A stretch of 64,000 bases of DNA from contig OY776215.1 in the NCBI GenBank assembly GCA_963675495.1, positions 288,001-352,000 of the forward strand, read 5' to 3'. A model generated the notes under the pieces. The model saw nothing but the letters and a program-made list of their open reading frames with translations, ran no database searches and had not been told where the DNA came from. This document shows, piece after piece, positions 31,029 through 40,866 of this stretch. A program made the translations under genes and the position numbers. The stretch's first letter is position 1. Each line of letters starts with the position of its first letter. The stretch comes from an uncultured Methanolobus sp. GTDB lineage: Archaea > Halobacteriota > Methanosarcinia > Methanosarcinales > Methanosarcinaceae.

Positions 31029-31814
31029 ATGATGAAACCATTGCTGGATGTTATCTTTAATTCTAGAAAAAGAAGAGATACACTTATACTGTTGCAAGAA
31101 GCCCCGCAGGAAATGGAGTATCTTCTTAAGTCACTGGACACAAATAGGCAGGCTTTACTACCCCAAGTTAAGATTTTGGAAAATCACTATCTTGTTACCA
31201 AATCTGATGATGTTTATGGGTTAACAAAAATTGGAAAACTAATTGTTGATGAAGTGAAGCCTTTATTGGACACAACAAGTTTCTTTGATACTGATCTTGA
31301 TTACTGGGGAACCCATGACCTTAATTTTATTCCACCATATCTTTTATCGAGGATTCATGAGCTTTCTCCATTTAGGGTAATCTCAAATATACCTCCTATG
31401 CAAATATATGAACCAAGTGAGAATGTTCTTGAAAAAGCAAAACATTCTAAAGTTCAGACATCTGTAACTACATTTCTTTTTCCCAACTTTGCATCGATAC
31501 TTAAGGACTTCACTGAAAGTGGAGTTAAGATGCGTTTGATAGTTACCCAAGAACTCCTTTCCAAAATAAGAAATGAGATGGAAGAGATAAGAGTCCTTTT
31601 AAATAATGGTGACCACGAAGTATTCCTGTGCTCTAAAGAAATGAATTTCGCGTCTTTTGGCACTAACGATTTTTGCTTTATGATGAGGGCATTAACCAAA
31701 AAAGGAGATTACGATATGAAATACATAGTGACTTGCAAACCTTCTGCAATTCAGTGGGGAAATGAACTATTTGATTGTTACCTGAAAGAATCAACGCCAA
31801 TAACCGTAATTTAG
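31029..31814 (+). CDS. Winged-helix transcriptional regulator with DUF1724 domain
   Basis: Paralogue of 13882..14667 (RQALLPQVKILE, YWGTHDLNFIPP, WGNELF). Confidence 0.9.
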   Translation: MMKPLLDVIFNSRKRRDTLILLQEAPQEMEYLLKSLDTNRQALLPQVKILENHYLVTKSDDVYGLTKIGKLIVDEVKPLLDTTSFFDTDLDYWGTHDLNFIPPYLLSRIHELSPFRVISNIPPMQIYEPSENVLEKAKHSKVQTSVTTFLFPNFASILKDFTESGVKMRLIVTQELLSKIRNEMEEIRVLLNNGDHEVFLCSKEMNFASFGTNDFCFMMRALTKKGDYDMKYIVTCKPSAIQWGNELFDCYLKESTPITVI

Positions 31815-31896
31815 TAATTAATATTTTGTTTATTACTAAATTCAAATCATAATTATCAGCGTACACTTTTCAGATATTTCCAAGCTATATTCACAA

Positions 31897-32415
31897 TCAG
31901 TTCTGGCTTTCTTTAGCACCTATGAAGGTTATCCATAGCACCCATATAAGCTCACCTATTGTGAAAGCATCAACGTAGGCCGGCACAGATCCTATAAGGA
32001 AATATGAGATCGTTGCTCCTAGGTATCCTAGTGACCCCAGATATAAGAAATATCCAATCCATTTTGGGAACATTCCTGATCTGATAACCAGTGTACCAAT
32101 GGGTATAAGCCACAGTCCCCAGAACACCTCTGCTAAGTGTGTTGCTTCTGGAATAAGTATTGCCATCAATGAGAAAGGTACTCCTAAGAGACCGAATATA
32201 ACTATCAGCGATGCTTGTTCCTTATCAGTCTCCATGAATAATTTATACAGTAATAAAGCAACCACTATCTGGAAAACTTGTACAATAATCTGGCCTAACT
32301 GACCTAGTTTAAAAAGTGTAGATTCACTAGAGAGTGTTGGTGCATATAACAATGAAAATATGCTTATAACAGTCCATATCGGATAAAGAATCCTGAGCTT
32401 TGTTATGGTCTTCAT
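31897..32415 (-). CDS. Short DUF4386-like membrane protein
   Basis: VFWGLWLIPIGTLVIRSGMFPKWIGYFL..G..GY, GELIWVLW; shorter than the other two copies. Confidence 0.78.
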   Translation of the reverse strand: MKTITKLRILYPIWTVISIFSLLYAPTLSSESTLFKLGQLGQIIVQVFQIVVALLLYKLFMETDKEQASLIVIFGLLGVPFSLMAILIPEATHLAEVFWGLWLIPIGTLVIRSGMFPKWIGYFLYLGSLGYLGATISYFLIGSVPAYVDAFTIGELIWVLWITFIGAKESQN

Positions 32416-32638
32416 AACAATATTTATGTAAGTTGAATATATGTAATTTGGGTTTTTAAAAAGTTTGGAGTTATAAATATGTAGTAATATTCTAATATAT
32501 GCACATATAAATATATTATATCATAAACATGTCTACATGTTAATTTTTTAATTTTACTTCTAAGTCGAATAGACGATTGTGATTGTCATGTACAAAAGCG
32601 TACACTTTTTTCGCCTTGCACATATTTACAAAATCAGG

Positions 32639-32723
32639 TGCGGGGGGAGGGATTCGAACCCTCGAAATCCTTCGATACTGGATCTTAAGTCCAGCGCCTT
32701 TGACCTAGCTGGGCAACCCCCGC
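32639..32723 (-). tRNA. tRNA-Leu (anticodon TAA)
   Basis: Minus strand GCGGGGGTTGCCCAGCTAGGTCAAAGGCGCTGGACTTAAGATCCAG-variable arm-GAGGGTTCGAATCCCTCCCCCCGCA; cloverleaf with long variable arm; CCA not encoded. Confidence 0.97.
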
Positions 32724-32808
32724 ATTTAGAATAAGTGTGGGTGCCGGTCGTTTAGCATTAAACACGGGATAATAACAATTAAGTTACTTAAGTCTTATTA
32801 TAGCAGGT

Positions 32809-33570
32809 ATGGAAATCACGTTTCTTGGCACAGGAGTTGGCATACCTCAGAATGGCAGGGTTCAGTCTGGTGTGCTTGTAGATATCGAGGGTAAGCTATT
32901 GCTTTTTGACTGCGGGTGCGGTGTTCTTGGCAGGATACTGGAGAGCAGGCATAAGCATACGGACATTGATGGCATCGTGCTCACGCATTTGCATCTTGAT
33001 CATGTAGGGGACGTACTTGCCCTGATCAAGGCTAACTGGCTTGTTAAAAAGACCGATATGCGGCTATACGGGCCTCAGGGCACCCGGGAATGGTTTGAAA
33101 AGACACTGGATGTCTATGACTATCTTAAAGACAGGTTCACCGTTGAGATAATAGAACTCTTGGCGGGAGATGAGTTTACGCCGGAAGGAAAAGGAGGAGA
33201 TTGTACCATCAAATGCGCTAAGACCGTTCATACTGACAACTCACTGGCGTATCGCATTGAAAGCGAAGGCAAAAGTGTTGTTTATACAGGAGATACCGAG
33301 CCATGTGAAGCAGTAATGGAACTGGCAAAGGATGCAGATGTACTCATACATGAATGCTCGTTCCCCCTGGGATTCCCCATGACCAACCATACAACACCGG
33401 ACATGTTCACTCTCATGCTGGAGGAGTACCCTATCAACGTCAAGGAACTCTACCTGACACACCTCTATCCCCACATGCATGGACATTATGAGGAAGCCAG
33501 GCACCATATCAGGAAGTACTTTACTGGCAACGTCACCATTGCTAAAGACCTGATGGTTATCAAGCCTTAG
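32809..33570 (+). CDS. MBL-fold metallo-hydrolase, RNase Z/ElaC-like
   Basis: ITFLGTG, FDCG, THLHLDH, YTGDT, IHECSF, NHTT, LTHLYP. Confidence 0.9.
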   Translation: MEITFLGTGVGIPQNGRVQSGVLVDIEGKLLLFDCGCGVLGRILESRHKHTDIDGIVLTHLHLDHVGDVLALIKANWLVKKTDMRLYGPQGTREWFEKTLDVYDYLKDRFTVEIIELLAGDEFTPEGKGGDCTIKCAKTVHTDNSLAYRIESEGKSVVYTGDTEPCEAVMELAKDADVLIHECSFPLGFPMTNHTTPDMFTLMLEEYPINVKELYLTHLYPHMHGHYEEARHHIRKYFTGNVTIAKDLMVIKP

Positions 33571-33642
33571 TCTAAAGCACAAAACTAATTAACAAATGTC
33601 AAAAATGAAAAAAAGATGAAATATCAAGCCGGTTATCCGGCT

Positions 33643-34185
33643 TTACCATTTCTCAAGAGCTTCAAGAACAGCCTCACCAAATGCCTCAGCACTTGGAGGA
33701 TCACGGGCCGTAATGATATTCCCAGTAACTATGACAGCTGCATCCTCATAGTTTGCTTTGCCTTTTTTAAGCTCCTTGATAGATTCAGGGTCCTTAAAGA
33801 CAGTAGCTTTTTTACCCTCAAGTACTCCTGTTCTTGCAAGTACCACAGGAGACACACAGATCGCAGCCACGATTTTGTCATGTTCAAAGGCATCTGCAAC
33901 CAATTGCTGCAACTTCTTGTCCGGCCATAATAGTTTTCTTGAGCCGCCGCCACCTGAAATGACAATCGCATCATACTCGGAAATAATCACTTTATCTATA
34001 GGAACATCAGGTCTTACAGTCCCACCAAGTGCCCCGGTAGCTACATCTGTAGTCTTGCTTGCAACAGTAATGGTTAATCCTGCATCCTCAAATACATCTC
34101 TGGGTTCAAAGAACTCCTCATCCCTGAAACCTTCCTGTGCAACGACCATCAAAACTTTTTTGCTATCTAAATTTGATCCTGACAT
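33643..34185 (-). CDS. DJ-1/PfpI family protein
   Basis: GFRDEE, YDAIVISGG, nucleophile in AAICVSP, IITARDP. Confidence 0.92.
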   Translation of the reverse strand: MSGSNLDSKKVLMVVAQEGFRDEEFFEPRDVFEDAGLTITVASKTTDVATGALGGTVRPDVPIDKVIISEYDAIVISGGGGSRKLLWPDKKLQQLVADAFEHDKIVAAICVSPVVLARTGVLEGKKATVFKDPESIKELKKGKANYEDAAVIVTGNIITARDPPSAEAFGEAVLEALEKW

Positions 34186-34519
34186 ATTATCACTTTGCTA
34201 CCCAACTTATCCATATCATTTTTCAACTTTCCGGTAGAATCCTCCTCAACCAGACTATATTTTTTCAATTATTTTATAAGTATTATTATTCACTCAATTA
34301 GATAATTTTCGTTTCAAATATTTATATTTGACGAGTTGAAAAACAGAGAAAAGCTTTTAAAATTGATCATATTAAAAAAAAATGAAAACAAGATTATTTC
34401 ATAAATTGAGGATCTCATTGAGACCATCTGGAATTGCAATTCGATCAATATCGATGCAAATTCAAGTTCTTGTATTAATCTGACCTTCAGGCACAACATC
34501 TGGTATTTACTTGAAAGAC

Positions 34520-35545
34520 CTATTCCTTATAGAATTCATCTCTTGCTTCCACAAAAGCCCTGATATTCTCAATTGATGTACGTGGAGCTATTCCACAACC
34601 TGGGGCCAGTATACCTACTCCATCCATAATACATTGTTTTGCTTCTTTTTTGATGTGATCAGGCGATTTACCAAGCAAGGTTGCAGCAGGTGACACATTA
34701 CCTATAAGACATGCTCTACCTGAAACTATCTGACTCGCATAGGCGAGATCTACTTTTTCTTCTATGCTAAGTCCCTGGAATCCTGATGTAGATATCATAT
34801 CCAGAATATCTGTAGCGTCACCACAAATATGAAGAATTGAATGACCTTTTAGATTTTTAGTAATTAAACGATAATGTGGCAGTACAAGAGATTCGAACAG
34901 TGGTGGTGGGAACAGATCAGGACCTGCCTCGGAATCTATTATAACCACCGCATCTACCCCATAATCAAAAAGAGCATTGGCATATTCTGTACATACTTCG
35001 GCACCAATAGTAAACAGCTCTGTAAGAAGGTCAGGGTCGGTTATACACCACCGCAGGTAGTTACCAGCACCACATAGATAAAAAGCAATTGCTGCGGGTC
35101 CTATCATTCCTGCTATTAATGGAACATCATCTGATATCCTGCTTTTTATTATATCGGTGGCTTCAAGCATTATTTTTATTCTCTTGCTTTCAAGCAATTT
35201 CTCAGGAATAGAAAAACCTATAACATCTTCCTTATTCTTATATGGAAAATCAAGCTGATAGGGTTGTGTGTCAAGAGAACCTTCTGCAATGGTACAACCA
35301 AGGGTCTCAGCTATAACCGTAGTACAAAACGGATACCTTACAGCTTCAAGACCCAATAGCTCATGTCCGGCAATAGCAAGCGTTGCCATTTTTTCAGGAT
35401 CATAATTTGCATCGGGCCATTTTGCACCGGTTAGCTCCATAAGCTCAACTATTCCTGTTTGAGTTACTGAGCAGACAGGAACTTTATCCACACTGTTTCT
35501 TTCCAGGGAATTAATAAAACGCTCTTTTAATGTTAGACCAGACAA
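34520..35545 (-). CDS. MtaA/CmuA family methylcobamide:CoM methyltransferase
   Basis: VDKVPVCSVTQTG, PFCTTVIAETLG, Zn ligands HICG and APGCG, GNVSP; TTG start after GAGGAG. Confidence 0.92.
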   Translation of the reverse strand: MSGLTLKERFINSLERNSVDKVPVCSVTQTGIVELMELTGAKWPDANYDPEKMATLAIAGHELLGLEAVRYPFCTTVIAETLGCTIAEGSLDTQPYQLDFPYKNKEDVIGFSIPEKLLESKRIKIMLEATDIIKSRISDDVPLIAGMIGPAAIAFYLCGAGNYLRWCITDPDLLTELFTIGAEVCTEYANALFDYGVDAVVIIDSEAGPDLFPPPLFESLVLPHYRLITKNLKGHSILHICGDATDILDMISTSGFQGLSIEEKVDLAYASQIVSGRACLIGNVSPAATLLGKSPDHIKKEAKQCIMDGVGILAPGCGIAPRTSIENIRAFVEARDEFYKE

Positions 35546-35776
35546 GCAGAACTCCTCAATAATGCTATGTATCCAGATTACTTAAAAGATTATCTTTTCT
35601 CCACTTTTACGAAGTTTGTACTTTACAAGTGGTTTTAATTTGGTCACATATTTTACTGAAATTATTAACGATAAAGATTATTTATTAATATACTTCAAAA
35701 ATAAACAAAAAGCAAAAATAAAAAATATCAAAGAATATTTAAACTTCTAAGTACTTTCAAAAGTGAGGTAGTAATT

Positions 35777-36595
35777 ATGACAGAACTAGTCCGGAAAATA
35801 ATAGTGATCACATCACTTTTAGCCATGGTTTTAATATCAGGTTGCACAACAACCGTTGAACCAATAGACCCTGTAAGTCCTGAAAATGTCTTTCTTGATG
35901 TCTCCCCGATAGTCATTAAAGAATTCCAGGAACAGGACATATCCCTGAAAGTAAGCAACAATGCTACACAATCCATTGATTCTGTAATGGTTTCAACTTA
36001 CATACCATTCACAGTTATAGGAACAGATTCTTTGAATATAATAGGAAAAGAGAATGCTGCCGATGTTGCTGAATCTTCTATTCTGAACTCTAAAATAATG
36101 GCACCGGCTTTTGACACAGATACAAATGAATCTGCTGTGACCATCAGTTACCTTTCAGGAACAAACGAGGAAGGATTGCAGACAACAATGACAAAATCAG
36201 TCCCGGTCAACGTAACCATACTTCCGGACGTGCAACTCCAGTTCCTTGGATTCGTAGAGGATATGGATTCACTGCGTACAACTTCAGCAGAAGCCTGGGA
36301 ACTTGAAGCCGGGGAAAATGCAACCATTACATTCTCAGTCAAAAATCATGGACAGAGCACAGTGCCTGCCGAGATACTGACCGTTGTGGCAGATGTTGAC
36401 AATAAGCTCATAGCAGATCAGGCATCCATGAATATAAGCGAGGCAATGGCAAGAAGTGGAACATCCTACACGAAAGGAATGCAGGTACCTGTGAAAGATG
36501 ATGCACCAAACGGTGAGACCGATGTCTATGTCAGGTTAATGTATGGCGACCATATCGTAGATGAACATAAACTGGTGCTGAAAGTCAAACTGTAG
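35777..36595 (+). CDS. Putative lipoprotein with Ig-like domains
   Basis: Signal peptide with LISGC lipobox; beta-rich sequence; GAGGT RBS. Confidence 0.8.
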   Translation: MTELVRKIIVITSLLAMVLISGCTTTVEPIDPVSPENVFLDVSPIVIKEFQEQDISLKVSNNATQSIDSVMVSTYIPFTVIGTDSLNIIGKENAADVAESSILNSKIMAPAFDTDTNESAVTISYLSGTNEEGLQTTMTKSVPVNVTILPDVQLQFLGFVEDMDSLRTTSAEAWELEAGENATITFSVKNHGQSTVPAEILTVVADVDNKLIADQASMNISEAMARSGTSYTKGMQVPVKDDAPNGETDVYVRLMYGDHIVDEHKLVLKVKL

Positions 36596-36603
36596 GCGAT
36601 ATA

Positions 36604-37572
36604 ATGAAAGTTGTGAACCTTCTGCTTTTCCTTTCTATTTTTCTTTTTTGTATCTCCAGCGGATGTCTAAATGAGAATGTAGTAGAAGAAGTCCAGTATC
36701 CCATTATAACCAACGTGGATGTAATGTCAACACTGGCAGATGAAGAGTTCGAACTCAAGGTGACCACCTACATACAAAACCCCATGGATAGTGACACAGG
36801 CTCACTTTCCATCAAGATGAAAACAAAAGACCCTTATACAAATCTTATAACATCGGATCATGCGGAAAATGTAGGCTACCTTAAAGCAAATTCGCAGACA
36901 TACAAGACTTTGTCTTTCAATGTGCCTAAAAGTGGTGAACAACTAGTCGTTGTGGAATTATTTGAGGACAACAACCTTGTAGATGACTATACATCCCAGA
37001 TCAAGCTAATTGAGGAAACAACTAGTCCGGTTCCAAATGTGATACTGACCGACCTTCTTATAGAAACCATACAGGCAACAAACTATGGTGAAGACATTAT
37101 ATTTGAAGCTTCGCCCGGATTCTATAATCAGGGAGATGAAGCAGACAAAGTAACTTTAATTGTCACAGCAGTCGTTGACCAGTATACAAGATACACAGGC
37201 AGTGTTGTTGTTTCTAATATTGAAAATGGCCAGAGGAAAAGAGGCACCGTAAGAATGACAGTTCCAGCCGATGAATCCTACAGTTTTGTAGTTGACCTCA
37301 TTGCAGATGGTGAAATAACCTCAAGTGCACAGACCAGCACATCAATAAAGATCCACGATCTTAAACTGGAAACTCCAAAAACATATTCGCTTCTTGAGTC
37401 AGATTCGCCTGTTTCAGAAGATGTAGCAATTGATGAAGAAGAAGCAGTTGATGAGGAGATGCCTTCTGAAGAAACGACAGCAGATCAAGCACCTGGATTT
37501 GAGGTATCAATACTGGTGATTTCCATGCTTTGTGCTGTGGGAATTTTAAGAAAGAAGAACAGGAAGATCTAA
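36604..37572 (+). CDS. Surface protein with N-terminal lipobox and C-terminal PGF-CTERM
   Basis: ISSGC lipobox; acidic linker then APGFEVSILVISMLCAVGILRKKNRKI. Confidence 0.85.
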   Translation: MKVVNLLLFLSIFLFCISSGCLNENVVEEVQYPIITNVDVMSTLADEEFELKVTTYIQNPMDSDTGSLSIKMKTKDPYTNLITSDHAENVGYLKANSQTYKTLSFNVPKSGEQLVVVELFEDNNLVDDYTSQIKLIEETTSPVPNVILTDLLIETIQATNYGEDIIFEASPGFYNQGDEADKVTLIVTAVVDQYTRYTGSVVVSNIENGQRKRGTVRMTVPADESYSFVVDLIADGEITSSAQTSTSIKIHDLKLETPKTYSLLESDSPVSEDVAIDEEEAVDEEMPSEETTADQAPGFEVSILVISMLCAVGILRKKNRKI

Positions 37573-37651
37573 AGAAATACTAATCTTCCCTTTCTTTCCT
37601 TTTTTCATTTTTTTCTATTTTTTCAGAAACCTTTCTTTAATGAAACGAATT

Positions 37652-38236
37652 TCATGAAAACAGGACACTTATATTAAAATTATCAAGCATCTTTGAGAGC
37701 CGAAAAAGTGGAAGACCAACTACATTGAAAAAGTCACCATCGATTCTCTCAACAAGTATCGCTCCTTTCCCCTGTATTGCAAAAGCGCCTGCTTTGCCAA
37801 GAGGCTCTCCTGTACTAATATAATCTTTAATCAACTGTTCCGGCATTTTCCTCATCCAAACAGTAGTTAACTCGTATTCTGTAATTTCTTCCCCACTACA
37901 GACATCCATTACAGTAATTCCGGTGATAGCCTGTATCTGTTGTCCGTTTATTTTTTCTAGCATCTCTTGTGCATGGACCTCATCAGCTGGTTTTCCAAGA
38001 ACCTCACTCCTGCAGGCGACAACTGTGTCAGCAGAGATAATTATGCCTTCTTCGAGACCATTTGCCACATCAACGGCTTTTTCACGAGAGTGATGCATGA
38101 CAAGTTCAACAGGATCCAGTCCTTTGCCTGTGTCTTCTGCATAAGAACTAACACGAATATCAAAATCCAGACCTATCAGTTGCTCTAACAGCTCTTTTCT
38201 TCTTGCAGATGCAGAAGCAAGGATTATCCTGTTCAT
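37652..38236 (-). CDS. maf: Maf family nucleoside triphosphate pyrophosphatase
   Basis: IILASASARRKELL, ADTVV, LGKP, KAGAFAIQG, NVVGLP. Confidence 0.95.
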   Translation of the reverse strand: MNRIILASASARRKELLEQLIGLDFDIRVSSYAEDTGKGLDPVELVMHHSREKAVDVANGLEEGIIISADTVVACRSEVLGKPADEVHAQEMLEKINGQQIQAITGITVMDVCSGEEITEYELTTVWMRKMPEQLIKDYISTGEPLGKAGAFAIQGKGAILVERIDGDFFNVVGLPLFRLSKMLDNFNISVLFS

Positions 38237-38348
38237 GAATATGTAAAAGGCAGGTGAAAATATCTACTTTGTGACAAAAGCTCAACTATTTACAAAAAAC
38301 ATATGGCTTTCATGAAAAAATGAATTTAATGACTCTACACTAAAACAA

Positions 38349-39077
38349 CTAGTTAAAACTAGAGATTATCTTTTCAATATCATCTTTGTTATTTCCAGGT
38401 ATCGGAACATTTACAGTATAGCTTCTAGGTCCTGTTCGATCAAAGAAATCATAGACTACCCCTATATGATTATATGGTTCTTCTTGAAATTCTGCAAAAC
38501 TGAATTTTGATAGTGGAAAGTCCCATGTATGAAATTCTTTATTCAAAAGAACTCCTTTCTCAAGCAAAATAACCTCTCCCACACTTTTTCTTTTGAAATA
38601 GAACAGGATAGAAGGAAAGACATAACCCATGAAAAAATAAAGCCCAAATAAACCTAACATAACCATAAACATGAAAAAATTACCCTCAGGTGCAAACAAA
38701 ATGATCGGAACAAATATGATTGCAGTTATCACTGATAGAAAAATAGCCATTAAACTTCCCATCTCATTCCGATAATCCTCTTCATGAGATAAGTAATTCC
38801 ACCATTCTTCATTCGTATATTTCCAATGGACGATCATCTTTCCTTGATTGATAGCCTCATCCAGAACTTTAACGTTTTTCCTAGTTGTCCTAATAAAGAA
38901 TAATGAAGTCAGCACAATAGTGATAGACGCCATAATAAACAAACCATCATACGAGTTTATATCAAAAGTGATGTAGCTGTGTAAACCAAGAGCAGTAAAG
39001 AAAATAGCTGTATAAATCCACCTAGTTAAGGTTACTCTTTGAGGATTTTTGATTTTTGAGATGGCATCTTGTTTCAT
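38349..39077 (-). CDS. Hypothetical membrane protein (4 TM)
   Basis: Two TM pairs separated by HWKYTNEEW; no recognised family. Confidence 0.75.
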   Translation of the reverse strand: MKQDAISKIKNPQRVTLTRWIYTAIFFTALGLHSYITFDINSYDGLFIMASITIVLTSLFFIRTTRKNVKVLDEAINQGKMIVHWKYTNEEWWNYLSHEEDYRNEMGSLMAIFLSVITAIIFVPIILFAPEGNFFMFMVMLGLFGLYFFMGYVFPSILFYFKRKSVGEVILLEKGVLLNKEFHTWDFPLSKFSFAEFQEEPYNHIGVVYDFFDRTGPRSYTVNVPIPGNNKDDIEKIISSFN

Positions 39078-39185
39078 GCTATTTAAGCATAATACATTTT
39101 ATGGTTTAAAAAATAATATGTTTTGACTCTGTAGAAAAATGGAATAGAATTTGGTGTGGAATTGTATTATAATAAAAAAAGCACT

Positions 39186-39209
39186 TGAAGGCAAACACTG
39201 CTGCCTTCA
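39186..39209 (-). terminator. Hairpin downstream of the 39219..40307 gene
   Basis: TGAAGGCA-aacactgc-TGCCTTCA followed on the minus strand by a T-run. Confidence 0.55.
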
Positions 39210-39218
39210 TGAACAGAA

Positions 39219-40307
39219 TTAATCTTCAGTTGTTATTGTTTCATTTACCCATTCATCCATGTTACTAGCACCCATTATCTGGCTGTTGTCAAACATAGGA
39301 ATTTCCACAGGATACCATTTTTGCAGGAAAGTGAGCATGTGATATTTCATAAAAACCCTTGCAGGCATTCCTACAAAAGCCATCACAAATATGAAAACGA
39401 TAAACTCGACAATTAATATTGGGATAAGCAGGAGCCAGACAGTAGTATCGGCAAGTATTGCTGAAAGACCAAAATAGAGAATGAGGTCAACTATAAGAAG
39501 CAAAATTCCCAATGCTATCATTGCTATGATTGCCAGAATTGCCACAAGTATACCTACTGCAATAGCAAGTACCAAACGACCTATCCAGTATAATGCCATT
39601 TGTTGCCAGTCATGTCTGAACTGTCCAAACACTCGGGATAAAGCTGAAAATATGTTACATTTTGAGTACAGGGAAACGGGGATAGCCAGATTGATAAATG
39701 ACCCTATTATGCCTGCGATGATAGCAATTACAAAAACAATGGCAAGAAATCCCATAATAAGCAATACAATAGAAGCTGCGCCCAAACTGTCACCGCCTCC
39801 ATCCATACCACCTGTAATTAAAAATAAAGGCAACGCAAGAATGGCAACAAGCAGAAGAACTCCCAAAACTACAATTATGCGTAAAACGTAAAGAGCTACT
39901 CCTTTTACCAGATACCTGCTAAAATACTCCCGTATCCGTACATCATTTTGAACCAGTGATTCCACAAAAACGAATTCCATCACACTTCCTATAAGGCCCA
40001 TAATAAGAGCAAATAGGAATATCAATACAATGGCCAAAAGAATAAGTGTAACTCCCGAATAGGACATCAGATGCTCATAAAAATTGCTAACAACATCAAT
40101 GAATCCCTGTGGAATCCCGGAAAGGTCAGATTCAGACCCACCATAAGAACCGCTATTTCCACCGCCATTGAAACTGCTACCAACACCGCCGATAAAAAAG
40201 ACAATTATGGCGAGTTTCACCCACTTCCATATGTCAAAAGGCTCAATAAGGCACGTTCGTGTCCTTTCTATTGCACGATCAAGCGCATCTATTACATACC
40301 AGCTCAT
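39219..40307 (-). CDS. Conserved euryarchaeal multi-pass membrane protein
   Basis: WYVIDALDRAIERTR..L..PFD..KW.KLAII.FFIG, SVMEFVFVESL; about 7 TMs. Confidence 0.8.
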   Translation of the reverse strand: MSWYVIDALDRAIERTRTCLIEPFDIWKWVKLAIIVFFIGGVGSSFNGGGNSGSYGGSESDLSGIPQGFIDVVSNFYEHLMSYSGVTLILLAIVLIFLFALIMGLIGSVMEFVFVESLVQNDVRIREYFSRYLVKGVALYVLRIIVVLGVLLLVAILALPLFLITGGMDGGGDSLGAASIVLLIMGFLAIVFVIAIIAGIIGSFINLAIPVSLYSKCNIFSALSRVFGQFRHDWQQMALYWIGRLVLAIAVGILVAILAIIAMIALGILLLIVDLILYFGLSAILADTTVWLLLIPILIVEFIVFIFVMAFVGMPARVFMKYHMLTFLQKWYPVEIPMFDNSQIMGASNMDEWVNETITTED

Positions 40308-40352
40308 GTAAATAAATAGTAAAGGTTGAGTTATATAGTTACTGATTTAAAA

Positions 40353-40754
40353 CTAATTGAACTGCGCATTAATAGCACTTCGTTTTCTGGCTCCGAGAAT
40401 GACCTCTTTTAGCATGACAAACCCGTCATCTTCAGGATAATAACTTATTGCTCTTTCCAGTATCTCCAATGACCTATCAGACATTGAAGATTGCAGACAG
40501 GCATCTGCAAAGATTATAAGAACAGTCTTTGAGTATGGCTCAATTTCCAGTGCATCTTCCAGAAATTTAATTCCTTTTTCAGAATCTCCCATCAGACAAT
40601 ATGCGAATCCTTTCATTGAAAGAGCATGTTCATCATCAGGGTGTTCTTTTAATATCTCATCCAGACAGGATATTGCTTTTTCGTACAATCCGTCAGCAAT
40701 CAGCATATCTGATCTGCGCATCAGGAGCTTTTCATGTGTGACAGAACTGTCCAT
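40353..40754 (-). CDS. Tetratricopeptide repeat protein
   Basis: Three TPR-like units (YEKAISCLDEIL..HPDD..AL.MKG; ALEIEP; AISYYPED). Confidence 0.85.
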   Translation of the reverse strand: MDSSVTHEKLLMRRSDMLIADGLYEKAISCLDEILKEHPDDEHALSMKGFAYCLMGDSEKGIKFLEDALEIEPYSKTVLIIFADACLQSSMSDRSLEILERAISYYPEDDGFVMLKEVILGARKRSAINAQFN

Positions 40755-40866
40755 AATAAAAAAAAGATGTTCATTACTAATAAATATTGCAGCTATAGAA
40801 GTGTTATAACAGATTAATAAAAAAAGAAAATAAGAATTAAAAGTAGCATATCCAATTATACCTGAA

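Noticed and set aside
32600-32680. attL/attR-style duplication of the tRNA-Leu 3' end
   Set aside because: No second copy of the tRNA 3' sequence was spotted in the window by eye.
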